Shown in pieces: positions 50,709 to 64,000 of a DNA stretch of 64,000 nucleotides. The position numbers and the translations under genes were made by a program. The notes under the pieces are model-generated. The model was given only the letters and a program-made list of their open reading frames with translations, was not told the origin of the DNA and did not search any database. Every line of letters starts with the position of its first letter. Position 1 is the first letter of the stretch. Location of the stretch: the NCBI RefSeq assembly GCF_001194135.2, contig NC_068983.1, positions 69,851,015 to 69,915,014 on the forward strand, read 5' to 3'. The stretch is from Octopus bimaculoides. Taxonomy: Eukaryota.

Positions 50709-50840
50709 ATTATCCTAGTGAAGAGCATTGATAACCATGATGGTGTGGGTTTTCCAAGTGGTGATATACAAATTGTGGATTTAATACAAATAGTTGATAA
50801 TTTTGATAACAAAGCTTTTGACTTAACACTTGTAATTCCT
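50709..50840 (+). CDS. Candidate 132-bp phase-0 exon, unidentified (IILVKSIDNHDGVGFPSGDIQIVDLIQIVDNFDNKAFDLTLVIP)
   Basis: ctccag acceptor, strong GTGAGT donor, open frame. Weak pyrimidine tract and no homology recognised. Confidence 0.2.
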
Positions 50841-53747
50841 GTGAGTGCTTTTCACCAACAGTTCCATTAGCTTTCAGCCAATCCATCATAAATTCTTTAC
50901 TGGCGATTTGTTAATTCACTATTCATTTTGTATCTATCGATAGTATCCAATTGTTCAACTTTTATCATAAACTGCAAATGTTTATCTTTTATTTTTTGCT
51001 TTACTTTCTTCTTTTACATTTCTATCAATCTCTATTTACTCTCATCGGTTATTGAATAGTAATTGCAATGCAATACAGTAAGATATTCAATGTCCAAAAA
51101 CTGAGAGCTTTAATCTGTGTTTTTAAGGAACGTAATCAATTACAGATAAAGCTCAAGTCTGTATGTTTTCTATTGACTTGTGTCATGAGCATTGATTAAC
51201 CAGATCTCTGATCAAGGTATCTCAGCAATAACTGACCTGCCTGTATTGCATATCATGGACTAAATTGTCCAATGTATTTTTATCTTATTTATATTTCTTA
51301 GTTGACAAGGCATGATCTGAGAATGAGGATTTGACTGCTATATATAGAAACTCTCTCATTTTCTCAACATGATTGTTGGTGTTGTGTTGCTGTTATTGCA
51401 TATCTTGAGGTAAGCACTGGTTGAGTAGATCTATGATTAAAAGCATTTCAGCCATGACCAATCCCATCTATTCTGTAAACCTGATACTACATTACGCAAT
51501 ATTAAGACTATAAGATATGATTTAGGGAAAATTCAGTTACTATTTTTATCAGATCAAGCAACTTCATATAGGCTCCAGTAATACTCACAGTATCTCTTTG
51601 CACTTATCATGATTGAAGGTTCTTTCTCTAGTCTTTTTGTATAATTAGTGCAAGTCTTGACTGATTTCAAAAATTTGCTGGAATTTCTCTTGACGGTTCC
51701 CTAACTTTGAGAGCTGATCTTAGTTTCCAATTTTGCCATGGTGTATGCATATCGTGATAATCCACATGTTATTAACTAGTTTCAATTTACCTCCTGATAC
51801 TGCAACAGTCTTCTTTAAATAAGCTCTTTTTTTTCAACACAAAGATGATCATTTTTTAAGATGCATTACCAGGACTTATTTTCACTGCATCACTAAATGT
51901 ATGTCTATTAAGTAAATGGATATGATATATTTATTCATAACCAACATTGTATTATTATTCTGATTATAAATGCCAAGTTGTCAACCTTATTATATAATAT
52001 AAATGAGTTTTGTCATTTACAATCTTGTTTATATTTTCATTAAGTGAATTGACACTATATCATTTCAACAATTTGAAAGACAGTCACAAATTATCTTTGA
52101 TGTTTTATTAAACACAAATCTACTTCGTTCAAATTTCATTCCAGCCCACTAAAATGACTGTGGTCTAACCATGGACAGAAATTTAACAGTGAGGATTTTT
52201 GGATAAATATGACAAGGTCTCAGAGGAGAAAAGGATTAGGATAACATGAATCACTTATTTATAAGATTCTACAAGATGGTGTTAATTCTTGACTGGTGTA
52301 TGAATATCATTATTAACTGATACAAAAGATTAACATTGTGGGAGAAAAAATAGAGGAAAATTAAGTGAAAGGATCAAAGCAATTACAATGGGAGAGTAAA
52401 AAAGAATAAGAAAACTAATTAAGATATAGAGTAGATTTTGCCAAAATTACAGGCTATGGAATCTAAAATGCTATATTTCTAGCATTTAACATCTACAAGG
52501 AAATAAAATTGAAAGTAGCAACAGATTTGCCTCTATATTGGATCATAGGGTATTGCTTTTGACAGGACCCTGTTTTTCATTTTGCCGTTGTTGTGATTAG
52601 AAAGGAAGATGTGTATTAAGTGCTCACAGAAGTTAATGAGGCTGGATATGAAAGACATAAATGTAGGAGGCTTCAAGGTTAGTAACATACAATTACTGAG
52701 AAATTTGATATGTACATGCTTGTCTCTCAAATATCTGTTGTGAGCCTTCTCATTTCTCTTCTTAACCTGTTTCTCTAAACATTATGCATGAATCTGATCA
52801 ATGAACTGATAATTAAATTTGGAATAGTGGACTCAAATAATAGGAAATCTCAGTTTAAATGGAGGATATAGGTCTCTTCCTCTTCCTCCTCCTCCCCTTC
52901 CCTCCTCCTCCTCCTCCTCCTTGTCATCTTTGTTGCTGTTATTTTTGTCATCATCATCATCATCATCTTTGTCGTTATCATTATCATCTATGTTTTGACA
53001 TCTATTTTCTCATGTTTATGTGGATCAAAAGGGCTTACAGTACCATATCTCACCAATTGTTCTGACGTTTGTTGCCTCATGATTGAACCTTAGTATCCAG
53101 AGATCTAATTTCATCTTATTCTCCTCAATATATATATTTGACAGTGTTTATTTCTCTGTCTGTATTTCTTCTTCTTCTTCTTCTTCTTCTTCTTCTTCTT
53201 CTTCTTCTTCTTCTTCTTCTTCTCCTCCTCCTCCCCCTCCCCCTCCCCCTCCCCTTGTTTCCCTTATCGTTATCTCCCCCTCCTCCCCTCACAAGTGAGA
53301 AATAATTCTAATCCTGCCCAGTAAACACTATGATAGAAGGTGGGTGAGTAGTTAATATTGAACAGATACAAGTAACATAAGCAATGTAATGGAATATCAT
53401 ATCAACATCCTTTTAAAGTGTGAATTGGTGTAATGTTCACAGTGAGCATAGAAGCACCAAAATATACAATCTGCTTTGGTAATTTACTGTTGGTAGCAGA
53501 AGAATTTGTTTGTGTCATTATTTTTAGTTTATGCATAAGTCCAGAAATTTTTGGGACAGGACCCACTTACTTAACTGGTATTTTATTTTATTAGCCCCAA
53601 ATTAACATTTGAAAAGAGTCCCATTCTTGAATAGATCCAGGGCAGAAGGTTGGTAGATTTTTATTAGGCAATATTAGCTATGATACTGCCTTGTCTTCAG
53701 TTATAAATCCACACACATCTGGGATGCATTATAGGAATATAAATCAA

Positions 53748-53960
53748 GGTGGCAAGCTGGTAGAATTGTTAGCATCTTGGACAAAATACTTAGCAGCATC
53801 TCTTCTGATGATACATTCTCAGTTCAAATACCACCATGGTTGACTTTGCCTTTCATCCTTTTGAGGTTGATAAAATAAGTGCTAGTTGAACACTGGAGTT
53901 CATGTAATTAATTAGCCCTCTCCTCACAAAATTTCAAGCCTTGTACTTATAGTAAAAAGA
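53748..53960 (+). mobile_element. Family A SINE
   Basis: Match to family A. Confidence 0.8.
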
Positions 53961-53970
53961 ACTGAAAATG

Positions 53971-54295
53971 CCCCCTCCGGTCATAAATAACCATGGGATT
54001 ACACCTAGAAAGTTCCCCTCTGAGGCACAAGTCTGAGCAAAGTTGTTCATGGATGACCAGCAGTCACCCATGCATGCCAGCCTCCACTCTCCATGCCACC
54101 GATAGTATCCAAGGGAAAGGCAAAGGCTGATACATCTTGGCACCAGTGACATTGCAATTCATCTCTACATCTGAGTGAACTGAAGCAATGTGAAATAAAG
54201 TATCTTGCTCAAGAACACAACACACAGCCCAGCCCGGGAATCGAACTCACTACTTCATGATTGCAAGCTTGACGCTCTAACCACTGGGCCTTCAC
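53971..54295 (-). mobile_element. tRNA-derived SINE with CORE-like middle domain (family D)
   Basis: Head with GAGTTCGATTCC B box, followed by ttcttgagcaagatactttatttcac...; second copy at 61851-62149. Confidence 0.8.
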
Positions 54296-54361
54296 AGTAG
54301 AAGGAATTATAGGATATAGAAATCAATTCCAGTACTTGACCGGTACTTACTTTATCAACTC

Positions 54362-54526
54362 CAGTGGTTGGCATTAGGAAGGGCATCCAGCTGTAGAAAC
54401 TCTGCCAGATCAGATTGGAGCCTGGTGTAGCCATCTGGTTCACCAGTCCTCAGTCAAATCGTCCAACCCATGCTAGCATGGAAAGCAGACGTTAAACGAT
54501 GATGATGATGATGATGATGATGATGA
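54362..54526 (+). mobile_element. RTE 3' UTR with (GAT)n tail, inserted into a minus-strand family A SINE
   Basis: The SINE is split between tttatcaactcc and gaaggatgaagggtaaaattgacc. Confidence 0.85.
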
Positions 54527-54879
54527 GAAGGATGAAGGGTAAAATTGACCTCAATAAGATTTGAACCTCAAAGGTAAAAACACCTTAACCAAATTCTACT
54601 TGGCATTTTTTCGTCCATTACTTTAATCATCCTGTTGAACCACAACCATAAATTTTGACAGGCAATTTCTTCTTGTGTGTACTTTTGGCTATTATTGCTA
54701 TTTTTCTTGCCACTTTCTGTCACCTCTTTTACCCTTTTCCAATGAATTGTACTTCACCTGACCTGAGCACTATATACAATAAGTCCATCCTCATTATATA
54801 TTGAATAAATTCTGGAATGTATATAAGAGTTGTAGAAGACAGACTGACTGCAGCAATGTGAGAAAAAGGAACTGAATAT

Positions 54880-55270
54880 GATGTTGTTGTTGTTCTTGTT
54901 GCCACTGCTGCTGTAGCTGCCGTTGCTGATGTTGTTTGCTAATGTTGCTGTTAGTGTTATTGCAGCTGTTGTTGCTGCTGCTGCTTCTGCCATTGCTGCT
55001 GTTGTCATTGTCGTTTGCTTCAGCAGCTGCTGTTATTGCCGATGCTGCTGATGTTATTGTTGCTGTACCTGCTTTTGTCATTGCTGCTGTGACTGATGAT
55101 GTTGTTGTTGCTGCTGCTGTTGTTGCTGCTGCTGCTGATGATGATGATGTTGTTGTTGTTGTTGCTGCTGTGACTGATGTTGTTGTTGTTGTTGCTGCTG
55201 CTGCTGATGTTGTTGTTGTTGTTGCTGCTGCTGCTGATGATGATGATGTTGCTGTTGCTGCTGCTGCTGC

Positions 55271-55305
<35 letters not shown>

Positions 55306-55420
55306 GTATTGTTGCTGGTATTGCTGCTGCTTTTGTTGTTGCTGCTGTGACTGCTACTGCTGCTGCTGCTGTTGTTGCTGTTGTGTTGTTGTTGCAGCCA
55401 TGGATGCTTATTATTGCTGT
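54880..55420. repeat. Long compound (GCT/GTT/GAT)n trinucleotide tract with higher-order sub-repeats
   Basis: Direct reading; repeated gctgctgtgactgatg(at)gttgttg units. Confidence 0.92.
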
Positions 55421-55582
55421 TGCTTATCCCTCAGTCAGTCCTGACAATTAATAAAACTATTCTAGGATTACATTATCTAATATCTCACTCTCTTTCCAAG
55501 ATGAATTTGAAGGAGATTTGACTACTATTTCTAGCAGAGTAAATGACTGAGTATAGCCACGCTCAATAACTTGATAAGTATT

Positions 55583-55825
55583 CCTGTCTTTATTGCCCAC
55601 AGGGGCTAAACATAGAGGGGACAAACAAGGACAGACAAATGGATTAAGTCGATTACATCGACCCCAGTGTATAACTGGTACTTATTTAATCGACCCTGAA
55701 AGGATGAAAGGCAAAGTCGATCTTGGCAGAATATAAACTCAGAACATAATGGCAGTTGAAATACCGCTAAGCATTTCGCCCGGTGTGCTAATGTTTCTGC
55801 TAGCTCACTGTCTGTTAAACTTGTT
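55583..55825 (-). mobile_element. Family A SINE (alternative tail) with 15-bp TSD
   Basis: AACTTGATAAGTATT duplicated on both sides. Confidence 0.85.
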
Positions 55826-56167
55826 AACTTGATAAGTATTGTCTGCTGCTGGTCTATGTAATCTGAGAAAATATCTGGTTACCAAAACATATTAGTTAAG
55901 GAGGTGCCCCCACATGGCCACAGTCACATGATTGAAACAAGTGAAAAAAAGAAAGATATGTTCAAAGTACCACTTCACTTCTATGGATATGCAATGATAT
56001 TTTGAATGATAAATGCTTGATTGAAGAAATATAAAATGATGATAAGCAAGTTAGTTGTGAACTAAAGAAGAGTTACTATCGAGATGGTGGATTTCTTCAG
56101 AAAATGGCTATCATTACAAGTGAGATGATAAACAAAATTAATTCATATGAAATGATGATTTTATATC

Positions 56168-56380
56168 CTTTTTTACTCTAGGCACAAGGCCCAGAATTTT
56201 TGGGGAGTGGGTCAGTCGATTAGATCGACCCCAGCATGCAGTTAGTACTTAATTTATTGACCCTGAAAGGATGAAAGGCAAAGTTGACCTTGGTGGAATT
56301 TGAACTCAGAACGTAAAGACAGACGAAATACCACTAAGCATTTCACCTGGTGTGCTGACGTTTCAGCCAGCTTGCCACCT
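56168..56380 (-). mobile_element. Family A SINE with 16-bp TSD
   Basis: ATGATGATTTTATATC at 56152-56167 and again just after the element. Confidence 0.9.
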
Positions 56381-59300
56381 TATGATGATTTTATATCATA
56401 GTGGATATCAGCACTGGGAGATTGTATGCTATCAAGGTTCGTGAGTTCAATCCTAGCTTGAGCACATGTTCATTTATATGGTGTGTAATAATTTTTTCCA
56501 TTATTGACACAAGGATAGTAATTTAAGGAGTGGGAGGTAGTTGATTACCACTGATTCAGTGCTTGACTGGTACTTATTTTATTGATCATGAAAGGATGAA
56601 AGGCAAAGTCTCCCTTGGTAGAATTTGAACTCAGAAAATAAGGATAGACAAAATGCTGCTAAGCATTCTGTCTGGCATGCCAAGTGTTCTGACAGCTCAC
56701 TGTCTTGTATATGGCAAGTAATAATGAATGGAAATTAAACTATTTGAAATAGGTGAATGCAGGTATGGCTAAGTAGTTAAGAGGCTCACTTCACAACCAT
56801 GAATTTCCAGGTTCGATCCTACTGAGTGGTATCATGTGTAAATGAATTTAACTTAGGCTCTGGCTGACCCAACACTTACGAGTGAATTTGTTTAGATGGA
56901 AACTGTATAGAAGTCCTCTGCAGACTGTACTTGTAATTCTTACTGTATCATGCACTGATTCTGCTTGAGTATTACATGAACATTACATGTATGTGTCTGC
57001 AGAATACTCAGTCACTTCAGAAGGTAATTCAATGAGCAGGTTGTCCTATTGATCGAGCTACTGGATGCTTATATGTTGCAGTTAGTGTGTGAGTCTATCA
57101 TAATATGAAGTGCTGTGCTAAGCTTTAAGACAAAAGTGAGAGGAAAAAATTGATGTTATAGGTCTGGAAAATGTTTTCACTGTACATGAGATATCTTAAC
57201 TCATTCAGCTGAAGCTAATGTAGAGATATAAACATTAACTCAATGAAACGATGAGGACATGGATGCTGATGTGAATGGTGATAGTGATGGTGGTGGTGGA
57301 TTAATGATATCAATAGAAGCAGTAACTGTGGTAATAATGGTAATGGTGGTGGTGGTGGTGGTAGTAGGATGATGACAGTAGTAGCAGTGTTGATGACAAT
57401 GAATTCTAAGGTTTAAAAAATAATGTGTAATATATATATTATAGGATTAGTTAATCTAACTTATTTTCTGGTAAGAAATTAATGAAATGGCTATATTACT
57501 GTAAAACTCGTAAAACAAAGTAAAAATATAAAATTAATATTTTGTAAACTGTGGATGGTTAATGACGTGAAATGTTATAGGTTCTAGAGAACTCTTAATT
57601 TAACTATATTATATGAGAAGAATTAACTCTTGTAAATGGGAATTTTCTAGAGAACCGTTCTTATAAGGAAAACTATGATGCTATATCATGTTGAATGCAG
57701 ATTTTTAACTTAATCAGTATTACCTCAATCAAAATAGAACCACTCTAACTAATTGACCAAATATCTTTTATTGACATCAACACAAGCAAATCAAAGAAGC
57801 AGAACAACTGTTGAGCAAACTATTTCTTTTAATAGCCATCAGTGGAAAATGTGGCTTAAGCATCTTTCTTTTTAAAGAATAGTTAAATTGTCTCAGATAT
57901 TTTTTTCCTACAAATTGGGTTTTCTGCTCATTCACCAGATACACTGATAAATTTAAACTGCAAACATTATATGAGTCTGACTAAATTATATAGCATCCCT
58001 TTAATATTCCTGAATATCAGTTCTTTTAAGAGCATATTTACTAAAATGTAGGATTTAAGTGTAGACTAAGGAGAATACTTGGCTTACATTTTGTTGTGTT
58101 CAAATCATATCACAATATTAGGGATTACTTCCTTATCTACCCTGGTTATGTTGGCAAAAATAGGTTGAATAACATACATTATTTGAGAGAAGTTGCTTTC
58201 TCTTTCATTTTATTTGTAAGCAACCTTTCCTTTATTCTTGTAGTGTTAAATTTGAGAGTAACTCTCTTCTTCACTAAAATATTTTGGACATTCAATGAAG
58301 ATGAAATCACACAAGACCATACCATAAACTTAGTACAATGAGCCATAGAGACTCCAGTTGAAATCATCATTTTCACTTTGGGTAAATTAGGGTACTGGAA
58401 TCCATCTCTTACCAAATCAAATTTATAGAATGATTTGAACTCGGCACTGCAAGTTAATAAAATGTTCAACAGTTGTTCAGAACTAAACTATGTTATTGAA
58501 GGCATATATTTATAGTCATACTTAGTGGACCCTTTTCAAAAGTTTTGAGCTATATGGAGAGACACTTATGATGGAATGCAAACACAAAAATTTTGATTGA
58601 TAAACCAACAGCCAATTAGCCACTTGCATCTCTCAACTTGCAGTAGTTTATAAAATATTAATGATGTTGAACCAAGAACTACAGTGATTAAAGATAAAAG
58701 AATTATATCTTATTTTGATATAAATTCTCCAGTTGAGAAAATGCATGTTATGGTTAGTTTTCATAAAGGAAACAGGAGAACTAAAACAATAGAGTGACAG
58801 ACTAAATAACCTATGATATTTAGTTACATATATCTGAATTCTGAATTAAAGTCAAGGTGGAGTCAATTTTGCTTTATGTGCATATGGAAGTCATTTAAAC
58901 ACCTACAAACCTATGGAGTAAAGCAGCATGAAACACTTCCAGTGTGTTCTTCTTGAATAAACATTATGATAGATAGATTTAAAGTAGCAAGCTATATCGA
59001 AAGACAAGTATATTTTCATAGTATCATTAATATATATCTGCCAGTTATTTCAGTAATATATCATATCAAAATGATCTTAATTAATGAAACCCCATATTGT
59101 GAAGACTCATCAAATAAGAATTCAGTCGGTTATATCCTCATACCTCTGAAAATGTGCAGTCTTGTATCTATGTAAGCAAAAAATATAAATGAAAAATTAT
59201 GCAAATTGATGCTTTCATTAACAGTTTCAGTTTGAAGAGAGAAAAAAAGTAAAATTTTGAGTGTTTTAGTAAATAACGACTGTTGTTATAGTTGTTGCTT

Positions 59301-59929
59301 AAACTTGGGCTGGTCTGATCTTAACTGTGCAAATCTATGATCAAAAGCAATCTAGCCTTATTATTATTAGGGGTTGTGCATCTAGCCTTATTATTATTAG
59401 GGGTTTTGCATCCACATAATCTATGTAATTCCATTTTGTTTTAAGAGGATTCAATCTGATTTTGTGAGAGATTTTGCTTCTATTTCTAGCAGGTTGATCA
59501 ATCACATCAAGCTCTTTGGCTTGTAATAACATCTGTTTTCGCAAATAATGTAGAAAAGTTGATATACAATATGGTTTCAAGTTTAGTTTAGCAAGCACAT
59601 ACAAATTTGAAAATAACACTTCTTGTGATTTAGTGAAAGGGGTTAAGATTTTAATAACCATTTTTCTTTAGAGGCAACTAGCAGAGATACCTGGCCTTGC
59701 TCGGGATTAAAGTGGTATAGTTTTTTATTGTTTTACTTGTTTCAATCATGTGACTGCGGCCGTGCTGGAGCACCGCTTTGGTAAAAAAAAATTGACCACA
59801 GGATTTATTCTTTGTAAGCCTACTATTTGTTCTATCAGTGTCTTTTTCTGAACCGCTAAGTTATGGGAATGTAAACACAGCAACATCAGTTGTCAAGCAA
59901 TGGTAGGGTTACAAGCACACACACACACA

Positions 59930-59989
<60 letters not shown>

Positions 59990-60620
59990 AATATACACAT
60001 ATATACGACAGTCTTGTTTCAGTGGTGCTCCAGCATGGGCACAGTCAAAGGACTGAAACAAATAAGAGAATAAAAGAAAACATTATGTGATGATTGTTAA
60101 TGTATTATTTACTCAATTACGTTATTCTTAATTTAAGTCTTATTCTCATTTTTAGAATTGTTTTGACAGTTAATATAATTTGGAATTTTTAGTGTAATTG
60201 TGATTCCATTGACATGAAAGTTCCATGTTTATTGATTAGAAATTATGTTAGAATATCTAAGCAAATGGTTTCTTCATTTCATTGCCAATTTTAATGTCCA
60301 ATCACAAGGTGAAGAACTCTGAGGTTCAAATAACCTCACGCTTGCTTAAGATATGCATGTGCAGGTTGCATTAATGATACAAATTTTTGCATGTGAAAGA
60401 ATTGGCTCACTTCTAATGTTATAGATATATTCTATTCAACAATAATTAACATTGTTATAGAATATGACATCTTGGGTTTTAAAACACTTCACTCCAGAAA
60501 TCTGATATTTTGCAATATTTTTCAAAATAAGAAGCCAATTTGCATATCATAGCAAGGTATTATTTACAAAATGGTGGCTAAAATATCTCATGTCAGGGTT
60601 GGTAAAAAATTATCAACATC

Positions 60621-60830
60621 CTAATCTTCTCCTCCTCCTCCTGTCTTCATTGCTGTCATCATCTTCACCACCACCATCACCACCATCATCATCATCATTA
60701 TCATCCTCCTCATCATCATCATCATTATCAAGACCACAATCATCAAGATCATTAACTTGGTCATGATTATGATTGTCATGATTATCATCATTGCTTTCAT
60801 TGTCATCTTCCTCCTTAATTTTCCTCCTTA
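60621..60830. repeat. Degenerate (CAT/CCT)n tract
   Basis: Direct reading. Confidence 0.9.
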
Positions 60831-61149
60831 ACTGAAAATCATTTATGACTAAAATATATTCTAAGGAGTTTATTCCTTAATAGAAAGATTTTCATGTTCA
60901 AAACTGGGATACTTTCAGCATTTTGAATTTCAGCTAATTTTTGGAAATTCAAGATGAGAGAATTTCAAGATAATTTTTTTCTGTTATTTAATTTTCATTT
61001 TGAAATTTTGAATTAATAAAACTTTGCTATTTGAACAGAAATTAGGAGATGCGTAAAAAGAATAAAACTGAAAAATATTATGAAATTGAAACTGAAATCA
61101 ACAAACAAATTTCATCTCTAAGGTAAACAAAACAAAATCTGAAGTTTAA

Positions 61150-61369
61150 CCCTTTAGCATTCAGATTTCTCTGCCAAATGCAATGCTTATTTATTCCTAT
61201 TGATATGAATTAGTCATGCATTACCTTGTAGCTTTGAGATTTCAATGATGTGATTGTTTATTTTTAGAATAATATTGTAGGGTAAGTATGAGAGACTAGA
61301 TCTGGCCAATTTGAAGATAAAACAGGTCAGTTATTTTGGCTGGATATGGCCAGTTTAAATGCTAAAGGG
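61150..61369. mobile_element. piggyBac-like MITE with intact TTAA target duplication
   Basis: TTAA-CCCTTTAGCATT...AATGCTAAAGGG-TTAA. Confidence 0.9.
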
Positions 61370-61850
61370 TTAAATCTGAAATGATAAAGTTTACAGCATA
61401 ACCCATCATTTTTGTTAAATTTTGATTTGAGTTGATAGTTTATTTTCATATTCTCATAATACTCAAATTTCAGTTCTTAAAAATATTTTTGATTTCTACA
61501 CTAAACTGCAGGGAAAACTGTTTTGTTCATCTTTTCAGTCAAATTCCCAAATGTTTTGCAGACAGAAGTTCTCCGGCCATTCTCTTATCCATAGCCAGCA
61601 GAGTTTTGGATTCCACCTCACTGCATGGCACCCTGAGGAACTGTTTCCTACTTTAGTCTTGTAAAGGTAAAAAATAAAGACCCTCTAGTGTTATGTCTTA
61701 AGCTACTGCTATCTAGCACCTTCGGATGGTCTCTACTCAACCACTACACAACTGCTACTCGACTGCTACTCAACACTCTACCATGGCCAGACTACCTATA
61801 TTTATATGTCTTGGGAGATCCTACTTCTTCGCCTGGGGGCGTCGACACAA

Positions 61851-62149
61851 CACCTAGAAAGTTACCCTCCAAGGCACAACTCCAGGCAAGATTGTTTACG
61901 GAAGACCAGCAGTCACCCATGCATACCAGCCTTTCCTCTCCATGCCGCTGATGTTATCCAAGGGAAAAGCAAAGACTGATACAGCTTGGCACCAGTGACA
62001 TTGCAACTCATTTCTACAGCTGAGTGAACTGGAGCAACATGAAATAAAGTGTCTTGCTCAAGAACACAACACACACCAGTCAGGGAATTGAACTTACTAC
62101 TTAATGATTGTGAGCCCAACACTCAAACCACTGAGCCATACAACTTCAC
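61851..62149 (-). mobile_element. Family D (CORE-like) SINE
   Basis: Homologous to 53971-54295. Confidence 0.8.
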
Positions 62150-62341
62150 GTACTATAGTCATAGGTAAACCAATACTTAGTGAGTGAAATTTGGGAGATA
62201 GAAACTATGAAAACATGTGTGTGTCTGTCTGTCTATCTGTGTGCATGTGTGTGTCTAAGTGTATGTGTATTTTGGTGTGTATGTGTGAGTGCGTGTGCAT
62301 GTGTTTGTATGTATGTGCACGGGTGTGTGTCGTATGTATGC

Positions 62342-62383
<42 letters not shown>

Positions 62384-62631
62384 TTGCATCTCTTCAAATT
62401 GTCAAAAATGGTGACAGTTTTATGTCTATTTCTCTCTCTTGTGTGTATGTGTGTGCTTGTGTGGGTGTATGTATGTGTGTCTGTGTGTATGAGTATGTTT
62501 ATGCATGGCTTCAAATTGTCAAACATGGTAACAGTATTTAATATCTCTTATAAACAATATATTCCTTGGCCTCAGTGGTTTCATGGCATGAGAAAACCAG
62601 GAGAATAAAAGTATCTTGAAGAATGTGTGGC

Positions 62632-63060
62632 TACATAGGCACAACAGTGGTTGTGTGGTTGAGAAGCTTGCTTCACAACTACGTGGTCTTAGGTTCAGTC
62701 CCACTGCATGACACCTTAGGCAAATGTCATCTAATAAAGCACCAGGGCAACTGAAGCCTTGTGAGTGGGTCTGGTAGATGGACAATGAAGGAACCCTGTC
62801 ATGTGTGTGTGTGTGTGTGTGTCTATATGCATGTTTCTTTGTGTTCCTGTTGCATTTGCCCCCCAACCATGGTTTGACAAATGGTGTCGGTCTATTTATG
62901 TCCTCACAACTTAGTTGTTTGGCAAAGAGACCAAATAGAATAAGTATCAGGATTAAAAATAAAAAAAAATTTCTGGGTTCAATTAGTTTGAGTTAACCAT
63001 TCAAATCACTGCTCCGGCATGGCCACAGTCCAATGACAGAAACAGGTAAAAGATACAAGG
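62632..63060 (+). mobile_element. Family B SINE, full length, CpG-decayed
   Basis: Head, internal (GT)n and tail all match family B. Confidence 0.85.
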
Positions 63061-63797
63061 TAAGGATATACTCTCACCCAACTACCATGGAAAAAGCTGA
63101 CCACTGTCATGATAAAATTTAAGTGACTGATTAATTTAAAGTGATAAACAATTCTGACTTGGTTTAAAATTTCTTTACTTTGTAAAACTTAGTATATTCT
63201 GTCGGGAAATTATTCTGATTCCTTTTACTCCTCTAAAAGTATTTTTATGAGTTTTGTTCAGCTTATTTTATGAGTTTTCATCTAATGTTATCAATTTTTG
63301 GTCATTTTCCTCTATCTAACAAGTAATCTACCCACTTTGATTTCTCTTTGAATAAAACAATTTCTCCATATTTGCTGTATATATTGATGGAATTGTCCAC
63401 TTTATATTGCTTTCATAATTTGAGTCCATAATAATAAAGTTCTTTGTGTTAGTTTTTGAGTTGGAATGTGTTCCTCAATAATGGCAGTGCTGTCTGGGTC
63501 ATTTTGGTCTTGCCAGTACCTTTGAAGTAACAAAGTTATACCTTGCTGTTCTTATCCTAGCCTCTGTGTTATCATACAGGACAGAGTTGCATTTCTCTTT
63601 TATACAACCGGACACAACATAAACTCTCTTATACACACAGATTTAATATTTTATACTATAAACACTATTCTGTGTTTTGAAACAATGAATTCTAAATACA
63701 ATAATACACATTAAAGAGTCAATATATTTCTATTAAAATTTCATTTAAATAGCTGGTCACCATGAAACTTGAGTAATGGTCAGAAAGGCATCAAATT

Positions 63798-63812
63798 ATG
63801 TATGTATGTATG

Positions 63813-63853
<41 letters not shown>

Positions 63854-63889
63854 GCGTGCACACACACACGCACATGCACACACACACAC

Positions 63890-63924
<35 letters not shown>

Positions 63925-63946
63925 TGTATGTATGTATGTATGTATG

Positions 63947-63985
<39 letters not shown>

Positions 63986-64000
63986 ATATATATATATATA
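63798..64000. repeat. Compound (TATG)/(TA)/(CA)/(TATC) microsatellites
   Basis: Direct reading. Confidence 0.95.

Noticed and set aside
54936-55451. 171-aa hydrophobic Ala/Val/Asp ORF resembling a membrane protein
   Set aside because: It lies entirely within a trinucleotide tract that is stop-free by composition; no domain, promoter or splice support.
58179-58469. 96-aa minus-strand ORF with a good acceptor (ttaacttgcag)
   Set aside because: No recognisable homology; its start resembles a SINE fragment (gagttcaaatc), and an early GTAAGA donor makes the exon extent ambiguous.

Overview
AT-rich, microsatellite-dense animal genomic DNA with two assembly gaps (23591-23951, 26975-27761). The repeat families, recognised from memory rather than by database search, point to a cephalopod, most likely Octopus. 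Recognisable protein homology is confined to decayed transposable elements: R4/Dong-type and RTE-type LINEs, a Ty3/Gypsy gag-protease remnant, three Tc1/mariner relics and a Buster-type hAT. These sit among at least four tRNA-derived SINE families, a ~520-bp non-tRNA interspersed element, piggyBac/hAT/pogo MITEs and solo-LTR-like segments. No complete host gene, rRNA, tRNA or CRISPR array can be supported. The best host-gene signal is a CpG-retaining domain (~8.4-19.9 kb) with three promoter-like motif clusters (~10.4, ~15.65, ~18.75 kb) and a probable minus-strand first coding exon (15597->15508). The most unusual observations are SINE stacks nested in (ATT)n tracts, a fixed-end ~520-bp element of unknown mechanism, a long-armed foldback element with a telomere-like core between two promoters, and RTE-tail-associated long duplications. 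None is proven novel. Most listed ORFs are microsatellite or gap artefacts. Repeat boundaries were set by eye and are approximate.
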